Shown here: positions 34,783 to 44,668 of the stretch, piece after piece
Numbering within the stretch: the first letter of the stretch is position 1
Layout: the number at the start of each line of letters is the position of its first letter
Assembly (NCBI GenBank): GCA_023898465.1
Contig: CP060223.1
Location: 832,001-896,000, forward strand
Reading direction: 5' to 3'
DNA from: Candidatus Nomurabacteria bacterium
GTDB lineage: Bacteria > Patescibacteriota > Patescibacteriia > HK-STAS-PATE-3
DNA length: 64,000 nt
Notes under the pieces: generated by a model
What the model saw: the letters and a program-made list of their open reading frames with translations, nothing else
Told to the model about the DNA's origin: nothing
Databases searched by the model: none
Position numbers and translations under genes: made by a program

Positions 34783-36885
34783 ATGATTATACGACGTGAA
34801 ACCTTAGTCACCCTGGCAGTCTCTTTTGGTATTATTATCCTCCTAAGTATTGGTGTGTACTACATTGGCACCTCGATCACACCTCAGAGCAGCAACACGA
34901 ATACGACAACGAATAGCAATCAGAATGTGGCTCCCGGACTGAAGCGTTTTGTGTCAGCTGAGGATTTCTCCCAATATCTGACAAGCGCAAGTCGACTCAA
35001 TACCCAGTATGGACTCCGTGATTCAGTTCTCAATGTAGTTACTCCTACTGCTTTTGAGCTAGAGTCAAGCGGTACTAAGAGCACAGCTGATCGCGTCTCA
35101 CAAACCAACGTGCAGGTAATGGGTATTGATGAGCCGGATATTGCCAAAACAGATGGGCAGCGTATCTACTACAGCCAAGATACCTACTACGGAGCATTGG
35201 AGTATCGAGGTATCAGCGATGAGTTATTAAAAACCTCACCTGCCTATACGCAGACTTCAAGCATTCTCAATGCCATACCAGCAAACGCACTCGCTGTCGC
35301 TGGCACATTACCCACTAGCGGACAGCTGCTCCTGACGGACAACGAAGTGCTTGTCCTGGGCTATGACGGCGTACATGCTTATCCGGCAAATACGAGCACG
35401 GTAAGTGAGGCGACTTGGGAGATGTCCTACGGAGATGCCACTTCATTAGTCACTGCGCGTTTACGAGAAGACACACTCTATCTTGTCACCAGCACCTCAC
35501 TGAATACCACCCAGCCATGCCCGATCACGCCACTACGAATTGCTGAAGGAGATGTGAGCATTGCCTGTACTGATATCTTCCACCCAGTGAATCCAACGCC
35601 AATCGATGTTGTCTACACTGTCTTTGCCATCGACCCAAGCAGTGGTGAAATAAAACAGGAATTAACCCTCAGTGGCCTCTCAGGACAATCTGTTGTCTAT
35701 GTTTCGCCCGAGACCCTCTACCTCACCTATACCTACACGAGTGATTGGGTCAATTCATTCCTAGATATTCTCATCACTGATACTGCTGATATTTTACCTA
35801 GTGAATTAATTGCAAAATTACAAAGACTCCGCACCTATGACTTGAGCGCTGAGGCACGCTTAACCGAGCTCGCCACCTTGCTTGGTGAATATGACGCAAG
35901 CATTTCAAATGAGGAGAAAGAAAACTTCCAAGAACAACTCACCACTGCAGTTGAACAAGGTGTGAAAGAGCGGCTGCGACAATGGGAACGAACTGGGATT
36001 ATTGCGGTTGATCTTGATCGACTGCAAGTGGCAGCGACCGGTGAAGTGCCTGGTCATCCCCTGAATCAATTTTCACTTGATGCTTATGCCGAGACCCTCC
36101 GTATTGCTACCTCCAGCGATGCTCGTTTTGTTGCCTCTTTCTCCGCCACCAGTCAAACAAATAATGACCTCTATATTCTCGACAAAGACTTGAAGCCCTT
36201 AGGCTCTATTCTCAATCTCGGGGAAGCAGGGGAAACTATCTATGGAGTACGCTTTGTCGAAGATACGGGCTACCTTGTTACCTTCCGTCAAACCGATCCC
36301 TTCTACGTCTTAGACCTGAGTGATCCGAAGAAGCCTATAGCTAGCGGCGAGTTAAAAATTCCTGGGTACTCTTCTTACCTGCATCCTATTGCGACGGATC
36401 GCATCCTCGGAGTAGGGCAGGATAATTTTCGTGTGAAGGTTTCTCTCTTTGATGTGAGCGATAAAAATGCGCCAAAGGAACTATCCACGCTTACATTAGA
36501 AAATGAGTACTGGTCTGACGTGCTTAATACTCATCACGCTTTTCTCCAAGATGCTGATCACTCCATCGTCTTTATCCCAGGATCGCAGGGAGGACATGTT
36601 ATCTCCTATACGAATGGAACTTTAAGCGAGGTGAAAAAGATTGAAGGCTTCGCTGTGCAGCGGGCACTCTACATTGATAATACGCTCTATGTCCTGGGCA
36701 GTAGTGAGGTGAGTGCAGTCGATGAAACGAGCTGGGAAACCATAAGCAGCGTAAGTCTCAACCAAAATAGGACAGGGGTTGAAGAGCCACAAAGCACGGA
36801 ACCAAGCGTTCCGATAGAGGACCTGCCAACTACTGAAGCAAATACTGGCGAAGGCACTAGTGCTACAGGCGATTCGACGGAATAG
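34783..36885 (+). CDS. Secreted/membrane-anchored beta-propeller domain protein (Beta_propel/COG4880-like)
   Basis: N-terminal TM anchor. C-terminal region with YVLDLSDPKKPIASGELKIPGYSSYLHPI...ILGVGQD typical of that family. S/T-rich tail. Confidence 0.5.
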   Translation: MIIRRETLVTLAVSFGIIILLSIGVYYIGTSITPQSSNTNTTTNSNQNVAPGLKRFVSAEDFSQYLTSASRLNTQYGLRDSVLNVVTPTAFELESSGTKSTADRVSQTNVQVMGIDEPDIAKTDGQRIYYSQDTYYGALEYRGISDELLKTSPAYTQTSSILNAIPANALAVAGTLPTSGQLLLTDNEVLVLGYDGVHAYPANTSTVSEATWEMSYGDATSLVTARLREDTLYLVTSTSLNTTQPCPITPLRIAEGDVSIACTDIFHPVNPTPIDVVYTVFAIDPSSGEIKQELTLSGLSGQSVVYVSPETLYLTYTYTSDWVNSFLDILITDTADILPSELIAKLQRLRTYDLSAEARLTELATLLGEYDASISNEEKENFQEQLTTAVEQGVKERLRQWERTGIIAVDLDRLQVAATGEVPGHPLNQFSLDAYAETLRIATSSDARFVASFSATSQTNNDLYILDKDLKPLGSILNLGEAGETIYGVRFVEDTGYLVTFRQTDPFYVLDLSDPKKPIASGELKIPGYSSYLHPIATDRILGVGQDNFRVKVSLFDVSDKNAPKELSTLTLENEYWSDVLNTHHAFLQDADHSIVFIPGSQGGHVISYTNGTLSEVKKIEGFAVQRALYIDNTLYVLGSSEVSAVDETSWETISSVSLNQNRTGVEEPQSTEPSVPIEDLPTTEANTGEGTSATGDSTE

Positions 36886-38188
36886 TCTTTGCGCTCACTG
36901 AAGCCTTGTCCTCAGTGCAGCATTTTTTGCTGCAACCGTTTTGACAACAGCAGCAATCACACTTCCGCCGCCAAAACATAAGCAGAAGTATAAGCAGTAG
37001 CACCAGCAGGCCAAGCACTAGGATGCCAATGGCAATCCAGGAATAAAGCCAGAAGATTCCCGCAAACCAGAAACCACTCTCGGGTGCATATTTCACAACC
37101 TCAACACTGACGGAACTGCTCCGAATATTACCCGCATTGTCGATCGCTAATATGGTTATGGTGTGTGTTCCGTAGCTTAATTCCGGTAAGAGAAAAGGCT
37201 CCGTTGCTCCAGGTAGAGCAATAATGCGCTGCACATCATCAATCAATACTTCGTAGCGATCTATGCCTGACAGGGCGTCCTCAGTGCTGAAATCGATATT
37301 GGGTCGTAGATTGGTTGTTGGTTGATCACCCTCAACTCGGACTGAAAAAGGAAGTGGTGGGGTAGTATCAATCCGAACACGGAAATGGGTAGCCTCACTC
37401 CAGCCCGCTTCGTTTTTCGCTTTAATGTGGAAGTACCAAATACCATCTTCCTTGTCCTGATATTGGACGCTTAGCTCAGTGCCCTGCCCATCATCATTAG
37501 GAATCGTACCGGCACTTTGATCTAGGAGGTAACTAAAATCCTGCGCCTCACCATCAACACTCCAGGAAAGTAGTGGGTCAGCGTTGGCGTACCAAGAGTC
37601 CTGATTCGTGTGCGTATCAGACCAGACTGTTGGAGCAGGTAGTGGCTGCGGCTGAGGTGGTTCTTCTTCCGGTTGTTCTGGCTCAGTGCTTGGCCGTGAT
37701 GGTGGAGGAGCACTAATAACAAGAATGGCCGTGCCAGTTGATCCGAGTGCATCTGTGCCATAACCGTCGTTAAGCAAAACCCGAGCTCCCTCCATACTAA
37801 TAACTGCGGTTCCAGGCTGCTTGGCTTTAAACACTGCACGGAGAATAGTACCAGCCGGACCTGCATAGCCAGGCGTAGGTAAGCCCCCGGTGAAATCAAT
37901 CGTTCCACTGCCATTGTCATACACCGGGCCAATTGGCCAAAGTGTAAATAAGGAACCTCGATCAACTGATTCGAGTGTAACGAGGTCTTTAGGGAAATCA
38001 ATTCTGGCCTCCGCTGAGTTAACCGCCTCACCGCCCGAATTTACAACCAAAGTAACAGTCACTCGTTGTCCAACTGTTACATTTGAGCGAGCCGGGGAAA
38101 AGAATAAGGTTGCTTTAGCAAAAACAAAACTCGGCACCAAAAGTGCAAGTAATGTGAGTCCACTAATGCGAGCTAATCTCTTTTGCAT
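36863..38188 (-). CDS. Cohesin-like domain surface protein with a conserved middle domain, C-terminal TM helix and Cys-rich tail
   Basis: Signal peptide. VGQRVTVTLVVNSGGEAVNSAEARIDFPKDLVTLESVD...GTIDFTGG...AVFKAKQPGTAVISM follows the cohesin beta-sandwich pattern. Paralog of the next gene. Confidence 0.5.
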   Translation of the reverse strand: MQKRLARISGLTLLALLVPSFVFAKATLFFSPARSNVTVGQRVTVTLVVNSGGEAVNSAEARIDFPKDLVTLESVDRGSLFTLWPIGPVYDNGSGTIDFTGGLPTPGYAGPAGTILRAVFKAKQPGTAVISMEGARVLLNDGYGTDALGSTGTAILVISAPPPSRPSTEPEQPEEEPPQPQPLPAPTVWSDTHTNQDSWYANADPLLSWSVDGEAQDFSYLLDQSAGTIPNDDGQGTELSVQYQDKEDGIWYFHIKAKNEAGWSEATHFRVRIDTTPPLPFSVRVEGDQPTTNLRPNIDFSTEDALSGIDRYEVLIDDVQRIIALPGATEPFLLPELSYGTHTITILAIDNAGNIRSSSVSVEVVKYAPESGFWFAGIFWLYSWIAIGILVLGLLVLLLILLLMFWRRKCDCCCCQNGCSKKCCTEDKASVSAKTIPSNRL

Positions 38189-39308
38189 GTTTTTGCTTTC
38201 TGCGTAAACGATAGTGCCATAACAACAGTATAGCAACCAAGAGCAAAAGTACCCAGAAGTACCATGGCAGGACTTGATACCAGGCCTGCGGTAATGCGGC
38301 GAGCTCAGCGGTCTGAATATTACCAGCTAAATCATAGGCCTCGACCCGCACGACATCACTACGCTCCTGATCAACCAGCAAATATGGACTCCGCACATTG
38401 ATAGAACGCTGCCCGCCCTCTATCACGTCATAGCGATCTATACCTGAGGTCCGATCAATACTCTGGAATGAAATAACTGCTTTGCCAGAAAACTCATCTG
38501 CTTCCTTTGTGGAAATTATTTCAAAAGGTTCAGGTGGGGTAGCATCAATCTGCACCCGGTAACGAGCCACCTGACGCCAATCATCACCAGAAGTTCTTTC
38601 AAGGAGTGTAAAATAATAAATACCATCCTCTTGATTATCATACTCAACAAAACCACTCGCATCATCTGGTAATTCATCAGGCTGCTTTTCCGCATTTTGG
38701 GAAAAACTATAACTATATAACGCATTTGCTCGCGGCTCCCAAGTAAGCACCACATCACGTTCAGTGTACCAGGTATCTTGATCTGGATGCGTTGGCGAAT
38801 AAACAGTCACTTGATAGGCTGGCGACTGAATAACATTGATATCGAGTGCCTGCGTTGTTAAAGGAAGACGACTTCCCTCACCATTATGCATATACACTGC
38901 TGCTAGCTCCTTCGGTACAGTAAATCTAGCCTCACCGACTTTTATTGCTCGCAAAGTCATCTGCAATACTGTGGCATGAAAAGCATAGGTGCCGCCTGGA
39001 ATACCGCCAACAAAATGCACAGTGTGGGTTGCTGGCTGGTGAAGAGGAGGCTCAGGCCAAAGCTGTAAAAATGATTGCCCAATGCTAATATCCTCTAAGA
39101 CAAAAAGATCCCCGGGATAATGCACATCCGCTTCGATCGCGTTCATGGGTAAATGGTCACTATCAACCACTACGCTTACCAAAACGGTATCGCCTAAGCT
39201 AATGTTCTCCTGTGGTGCTTGAAGAGAAACTTGAGCAGCCTGAACTGCCTGGGCAAAGAAAATGCCGATACCAAAAAGGCTAAAAAATAGAAGTGAACGC
39301 TTCATCAT
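38163..39308 (-). CDS. Cohesin-like domain surface protein (paralog) with a C-terminal TM anchor
   Basis: Same architecture. Shares the DTWY...EYDNQEDGIYYF...DTTPP.PF...SGIDRY block with the previous gene. Confidence 0.5.
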   Translation of the reverse strand: MMKRSLLFFSLFGIGIFFAQAVQAAQVSLQAPQENISLGDTVLVSVVVDSDHLPMNAIEADVHYPGDLFVLEDISIGQSFLQLWPEPPLHQPATHTVHFVGGIPGGTYAFHATVLQMTLRAIKVGEARFTVPKELAAVYMHNGEGSRLPLTTQALDINVIQSPAYQVTVYSPTHPDQDTWYTERDVVLTWEPRANALYSYSFSQNAEKQPDELPDDASGFVEYDNQEDGIYYFTLLERTSGDDWRQVARYRVQIDATPPEPFEIISTKEADEFSGKAVISFQSIDRTSGIDRYDVIEGGQRSINVRSPYLLVDQERSDVVRVEAYDLAGNIQTAELAALPQAWYQVLPWYFWVLLLLVAILLLWHYRLRRKQKHAKEISSH

Positions 39309-39309
39309 A

Positions 39310-40185
39310 TTAGCCAGTCCAATGGAACATCATAATGCTAAAATCAACCACATCAACTAAGCCACTCTTATCAATATCAGCCCTAGTGTTGGCCGGGTGT
39401 GTATCAAGCCAGTAATAAAGCAAAATACTGAAGTCGACTAAATCAACTGAGCCGTCACAGTTTAAATCAGCAATGTTTGCGTAGCTGCAAGGATCTGGTT
39501 CAGTTGCCTCACTTACTACAAAGGTGAGTGTAGAGCTGTATTCAGAAATGCTGCTATCTGTTGCAACTGCACGAGCTCGAATACTATAGGTTCCAATACT
39601 GCTCAGCTCTTGCCCGCCCTGTAACGTATAAGACCATCGTCCGTCGGTATGAGCCGTTGCAGAAAAACTTTGATCACCATCTGGACCCGAGAGATAAAGT
39701 GTAAGCTGACTATTTGGCGCGGTATAACCTTGAATTTGGACACCTTCATCTAATCGAATACTGCTTGCACTGCCTTGTATGGTGGGGCCGAGAAAAATAC
39801 CACTCGCGCTTACCGTGGTGCCCTCTGCTATAGTAACCGACAAGGATAAACTAGGACCAAGCACGCCGTCTATATCAGTTCCCTGAATAGTGAAAGTGTA
39901 GGTGCCGGCTAAAATTTCGCTCTGAGTAGCAAAAGCAGCTGTACTAGTTGCAGTCGTACTCAACCAGGTACTTCCATTTTTCAATATTTGAATACTTGCT
40001 GAGGGGTAGGCGAGGCCCTGAAACTGTACAATGGTTTTTGGTTCTTCAGGCGGAGGCGGCGCTTCAACCACCGCACTCACCGAGAGTGTGTGCTGATCTG
40101 TCACTGTAGCGGCAAAGGCGCTAAGCAAAAAAAGCGGCAGAATGCTTAGCATGCTGACGACGGCAACGATGCTCCGTGTCTTCAC
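39310..40185 (-). CDS. Secreted protein with C-terminal double dockerin repeat
   Basis: Signal peptide. C-terminus DLNCDGSVDLVDFSILLYYW...DIDKSGLVDVVDFSIMMFHW gives two Ca-binding dockerin repeats. Confidence 0.65.
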   Translation of the reverse strand: MKTRSIVAVVSMLSILPLFLLSAFAATVTDQHTLSVSAVVEAPPPPEEPKTIVQFQGLAYPSASIQILKNGSTWLSTTATSTAAFATQSEILAGTYTFTIQGTDIDGVLGPSLSLSVTIAEGTTVSASGIFLGPTIQGSASSIRLDEGVQIQGYTAPNSQLTLYLSGPDGDQSFSATAHTDGRWSYTLQGGQELSSIGTYSIRARAVATDSSISEYSSTLTFVVSEATEPDPCSYANIADLNCDGSVDLVDFSILLYYWLDTHPANTRADIDKSGLVDVVDFSIMMFHWTG

Positions 40186-40202
40186 AGGTACTCCTATCTT
40201 AC

Positions 40203-41237
40203 TTATTGCTGGTTGGCGCGAGTAAGGATCCAGTGGTTATAGCGCTTGATGCCAAAGATGACTGCAAGCACTACTACAACCAAGATGAGGAACATGAGCG
40301 TTAAGACGCGCCATGGCCACACCCAGAAGGTTAAGGTTGCGCTATCTTTTACCAAATCACCAGTACCAGCTGTCAGACTCACGCTGGCTTGATAGCGACC
40401 AAGCGCAAAGTTGTTCCATTCGTTACGGAATTCGGCCCAAAAGTTACCCCAGATATTACCTGGCGTTTCTTCTACTGTTGATTTTTCCCAGGTCGTTTCA
40501 TAGCGACGGATCGAGTCTGGTAAGGTTGCTCCGCCATTCTGATTCATGACAAGCTCAGCGCTAGTGCTGCCAAATAGATTTTTCACTACAACGCTTCCGG
40601 TTGGACGAAGGTGAATATTTCCCTCGTTTTGGAAACGAGTTGCAAAAGTCGCTGGTAAACGATTTAGACTCGAACCTTCATCTACAGTAAATTCAACGAT
40701 GCTGCCCTTTTCCTCTACGTCACCAAAAACACGGAGTAAGAAAAGCGAGCCAAGTTTGGTGCCAAGTGACACGCTGCCGGGCTCGGAATTTTCTGGTGGC
40801 TCAGTTGAGAAGAAGACAGTAGCATAATGACCACCTGGCTCGGCATCATTTGGTGGGGTGATGGTAATCGGTACCACGCGACGTTCGCCAGCTTCTAGGT
40901 GGACTGAACCATTTGGCAAAGAAAACCAAGAGGCAATATCAGGTACCTCACCGCTGAAATCATAGGTTGGAGTACCATCTTCACCAGAAGCAGTAAAGGT
41001 AGTTACCTCAGGGTAGAGGTCTACTGCGCTCTGTGTTTCATTAAATAGCTTAATTTGCGTATCAAACGGCACACCTGGATCAACCGAGGCCTCAAAAGAA
41101 GGAGGAATAAGGGTTAAGGCTTGCGCATTTGGAGTTTGCACAAAGGCAAAGCTAAAAGCAGCAACGAGCACAAATAGGCCCAGGATCGCTGTTTTTTGCA
41201 AAATGTTACTTTGTTTTCCCCCTTGATTCATCTTCAA
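40203..41237 (-). CDS. DUF916-like (CscA-like) cell-surface protein: signal peptide, beta-rich ectodomain, C-terminal TM anchor
   Basis: LTLIPPSFEASVDPGVPFDTQIKLFNETQSAVDLYPEV pattern and C-terminal hydrophobic helix plus basic tail. Confidence 0.4.
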   Translation of the reverse strand: MKMNQGGKQSNILQKTAILGLFVLVAAFSFAFVQTPNAQALTLIPPSFEASVDPGVPFDTQIKLFNETQSAVDLYPEVTTFTASGEDGTPTYDFSGEVPDIASWFSLPNGSVHLEAGERRVVPITITPPNDAEPGGHYATVFFSTEPPENSEPGSVSLGTKLGSLFLLRVFGDVEEKGSIVEFTVDEGSSLNRLPATFATRFQNEGNIHLRPTGSVVVKNLFGSTSAELVMNQNGGATLPDSIRRYETTWEKSTVEETPGNIWGNFWAEFRNEWNNFALGRYQASVSLTAGTGDLVKDSATLTFWVWPWRVLTLMFLILVVVVLAVIFGIKRYNHWILTRANQQ

Positions 41238-41272
41238 TAAAAATTCAACAATACCTGTGGATTACTTTACCA

Positions 41273-42343
41273 CTAAAATGTTGCAGTGGCAATATAGGTA
41301 ATGTCAGTGGTATAAAGTCCAGCTTCTGTATTGGCCGCAATGTTTGCAATATAGAAAGCGCTAATGTTTTCTGTTGCCGTTGGGCCAGTCTCCGAGGCAA
41401 AAGTTGTGGTCGTACTTGCCACAAAGGCCCAGTCTCGGTTACCCGGAGTTGCATTATGATCATATCCTGATGCGATGGTGGCATCACCGTCAGTTGAGTA
41501 ACTTACTCCAAACTCTTCAGTTCCAGGGGTGCCGTCAGCATCATTTGTTATTGAAGCTACATTGATGGTATCACCGCCGCTTGTTAGGGTTGCGCCGTTA
41601 TAGGTAACGATGTAGCCATCAGTAGCATTTGTACCAACGCTAATGGTATGAGCAGCAGCTGAATCGCTTGCTGAACCGTTTGTATCACCTGTTGCCCAGC
41701 GTGCATTTGAGGCACTCAAGGTACCGAAGCCAATAGTCGTGTCGGAGAGAGAAAAAGTAATAGATGCATCAACTGTGGCAGTAACATTCACACTGTCATC
41801 AGTAACGAAATCAAGTGCAAATTTACCAGAATCACCAAAGTTACCAGCTAATTCAATCACATGTGTGCTCGTATCATTTGGGCTAGTAAGCTGAGCATTT
41901 CCGCTCGCAGCGTTATTACCGATCTGCACCTGCACACAGCGATCTGCGGTAATTTCTCCGCTCGTAGCATCTGTCGGAGGAGTCAAGGTAAGCACGCTCG
42001 AGGCAAATGCAGCACCCCAAGTGCCCGCAGATGCAGTAGCCGCTAGGGTTTTATCTGAGAAAGTGCCATCACAAGCGTTATCATCATCAACCGCCAAGTC
42101 GATATCCGTGAAATCAACCGAACCTACCGTGAAATCAGTAAAGTCGATAGTAATGGTATCGGTTGAAGCGTCAACTCCGGTAGGAGTCACAAAAAGAATG
42201 GTGTGATCAGCTCCAACATTTTGCGTTAACGTATCTAAAGTATCAGAAACACTGGTTAAACCAGCAGCTTTCACCTCATACACTGGCAGTGAAAAGGCGG
42301 AGATAATGACGAGGATGAGAGCGAAAATTCCGTACTTTTGCAT
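41273..42343 (-). CDS. Secreted surface protein with a divergent WxL-like C-terminal domain (paralog 1)
   Basis: Signal peptide. C-terminal ~170 aa ...SITFSLSDTTIGFGTLS...AHTISVGTNATDGYIVTYNGATLTSG...YTTDITYIATATF follows the WxL-domain consensus with Y replacing W in both WxL motifs. Confidence 0.5.
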   Translation of the reverse strand: MQKYGIFALILVIISAFSLPVYEVKAAGLTSVSDTLDTLTQNVGADHTILFVTPTGVDASTDTITIDFTDFTVGSVDFTDIDLAVDDDNACDGTFSDKTLAATASAGTWGAAFASSVLTLTPPTDATSGEITADRCVQVQIGNNAASGNAQLTSPNDTSTHVIELAGNFGDSGKFALDFVTDDSVNVTATVDASITFSLSDTTIGFGTLSASNARWATGDTNGSASDSAAAHTISVGTNATDGYIVTYNGATLTSGGDTINVASITNDADGTPGTEEFGVSYSTDGDATIASGYDHNATPGNRDWAFVASTTTTFASETGPTATENISAFYIANIAANTEAGLYTTDITYIATATF

Positions 42344-42353
42344 AGTCTATTGA

Positions 42354-43424
42354 TTAAAAAGTCGCGGTGGCAATATATGTTATGTCGGTCGTGTACAAAC
42401 CCGCTTCAGTAATCGCGGCAATATTTGCGAGATATCGTACACCAATAGTTTCGGTGTTGGTCGGCACAGTTTCAGAAATAATTGTTGTCGTGGTGCTAGC
42501 TACAAAGGTCCAATCAGGATCACCGTGAGCATAGCCCGTGGCAATGGTTGCATCTCCGTCGGTAGTAATGCTCAATCCAAACTCTTCTGAGCCTGGTGTA
42601 CCATTCGCGTCATTATTAATTGAAGCCACGCTTATGGTATCAGAACCACTCGTTAACGTCGCACCATTATAGGTAATTGCCCAGCCATCAGTCGCGTTGG
42701 TGCTAACTGCTAGCGTATGAGCATCGGCTGAATCAGATGAAGAACCATTAGTATCGCCGGTCGCATACGTTGCTGCGCTTGAACTCAAAGTACCAAATCC
42801 TACCGTGGTGTCAGAAATAGCAAAGGTAATGGAAGGATCAACAGTCGCGGTTACGTTAACACTGTCATCGCCAACAAAATCAAGTGCAAACTTACCAGAA
42901 TCACCAAAGTTACCAGCGATTTCTACTACATGAGTACTGGTATCGTTTGGGTTATTGATCTGGTTAGAGCCACCTGAGGCGTTGCTACCAATCTGAATCT
43001 GCACACAACGTCCAGCAGTAATTTCTCCTGAGCTTGCATCAGTAGGAGGGGTCAGCGTTAACACATCAGAGGCAATCGCTGCGCCCCAAGTACCAGCCGC
43101 CGCTGAAGCCGCTAATGTCTTATCACTCCAAGATCCATCACAAGCAGCATCATCATCAACAGCAAGGTCAATATCACCAAAGGCAACGCTCGTGGTAGTA
43201 AAGTCTGTGAAGTCGATGGTAATGGTATCAGTTGAAGCGTCGACACCAGTAGGAGTTACAAAGTAAATCTCATGGTTTGCGTCAACAGCTTGAGTTAAAG
43301 TATTCAGCGTGTCAGAAATACTCGTCAAATTGGCAGCAAAAACCGGTCGAGCTGGGAAGCTCAACACCGTTACAAAAACTGCTATGAGAATGGCTATTTG
43401 TATTTTTTGTAGCTTTCCGTACAT
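42354..43424 (-). CDS. Secreted surface protein with a divergent WxL-like C-terminal domain (paralog 2)
   Basis: About 75% identical to paralog 1. Same C-terminal ending YTTDITYIATATF. Confidence 0.5.
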   Translation of the reverse strand: MYGKLQKIQIAILIAVFVTVLSFPARPVFAANLTSISDTLNTLTQAVDANHEIYFVTPTGVDASTDTITIDFTDFTTTSVAFGDIDLAVDDDAACDGSWSDKTLAASAAAGTWGAAIASDVLTLTPPTDASSGEITAGRCVQIQIGSNASGGSNQINNPNDTSTHVVEIAGNFGDSGKFALDFVGDDSVNVTATVDPSITFAISDTTVGFGTLSSSAATYATGDTNGSSSDSADAHTLAVSTNATDGWAITYNGATLTSGSDTISVASINNDANGTPGSEEFGLSITTDGDATIATGYAHGDPDWTFVASTTTTIISETVPTNTETIGVRYLANIAAITEAGLYTTDITYIATATF

Positions 43425-43505
43425 TCTGAAAGTAATATAGAGGCTAAAACTCTACAAAACAAGCTTTCTAGGTATTAGAATAGCATAAAATTGAGTTCTC
43501 GTCAA

Positions 43506-44609
43506 TTAGAAAACCGCAGTGGCAATATAAGTAATGTCGGTTTGATAAAGACCCGCTTCAGTTATAGATGCGATATTCGCAATATAATGCACAAAAATCG
43601 ATTCTGCATTAGTTGGCCCAGTTTCGCTTACAAATTCAGTTACCGTGCTCGCAACAAAATTCCAATCTGATAAACTCGGCAAAGTGCTGTTCCATTGATA
43701 GCCGGATGTGATAACTGCGTCGTCCGACTTATCTGCCGACAAAGCGAACTGCTCTGTTCCTGGTGTACCATTGCCATCATTACTAATAGTTGCAGGACTA
43801 ATGGTATCTGATCCACTTGTTAAAGTTGCTCCATAATATGTGATGGCATATCCGCTGGTAGCATTTGTGCTTACTGTTAAATTATGTGCCGGTGAACTAT
43901 TCGTCCCTGTACCGTTGCCATCACTAGTAGCATAACGAGCCGCGCTTGAACTCAAGGTGCCAAATCCTACCGTGGTGTCAGAAATAGCAAAGGTAATGGA
44001 AGGATCAACCGTTGCAGTTACGTTGACGCTATCGTCAGCAACAAAATCAAGTGCAAATTTGCCGAAGTCATCAATTGCTCCCAAATTTCCAAAAATATCA
44101 ACTACATGGGTATTGGTATCATTCGGGTTAACTAATTGAGCATTCCCTCCTGATGCATTTGTACCAATCTGAATTTGCACACATCGTCCTGCTGGAATTT
44201 CTCCACTTGTGGCATCTGTTGGCGCATCAAATATTATATATTCAGAGGAAAGCTGGTTCACCGAAACTCCCCATACACCTGCAGCATCTGAACTCGCTAG
44301 TGTTTTTTCTGTCCAAGACCCATCACATCCCCCATCATCATCAACGGCTAAATCAATGTCGGTATAATCAAGAGTTGAAAAACCAAAATTAGCGAAATCA
44401 AACCGATAATAGTCTGCGTCAGCATCTACACCAACTGAAGTAATAAAATAAATCTCATGATTTGCAGCAGTATTTTGAGTAAGCGAGCTTAACGTATCAG
44501 AAATACTCGTCAAATTGGCAGCAAAAACCGGTCGAGCTGGGAAACTCAACACCGTTACAAAAACTGCTATGAGAATGGCTATTTGTATTTTTTGTAGCTT
44601 TCCGTACAT
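43506..44609 (-). CDS. Secreted surface protein with a divergent WxL-like C-terminal domain (paralog 3); start set at MYGKL by homology
   Basis: First ~40 codons are DNA-identical to paralog 2. Ends YQTDITYIATAVF. Confidence 0.5.
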   Translation of the reverse strand: MYGKLQKIQIAILIAVFVTVLSFPARPVFAANLTSISDTLSSLTQNTAANHEIYFITSVGVDADADYYRFDFANFGFSTLDYTDIDLAVDDDGGCDGSWTEKTLASSDAAGVWGVSVNQLSSEYIIFDAPTDATSGEIPAGRCVQIQIGTNASGGNAQLVNPNDTNTHVVDIFGNLGAIDDFGKFALDFVADDSVNVTATVDPSITFAISDTTVGFGTLSSSAARYATSDGNGTGTNSSPAHNLTVSTNATSGYAITYYGATLTSGSDTISPATISNDGNGTPGTEQFALSADKSDDAVITSGYQWNSTLPSLSDWNFVASTVTEFVSETGPTNAESIFVHYIANIASITEAGLYQTDITYIATAVF

Positions 44610-44668
44610 TCTAGAAATCGAAAACATCCTAATGAATAAAACACTATAGAACTTAAGACGTCAACTGA

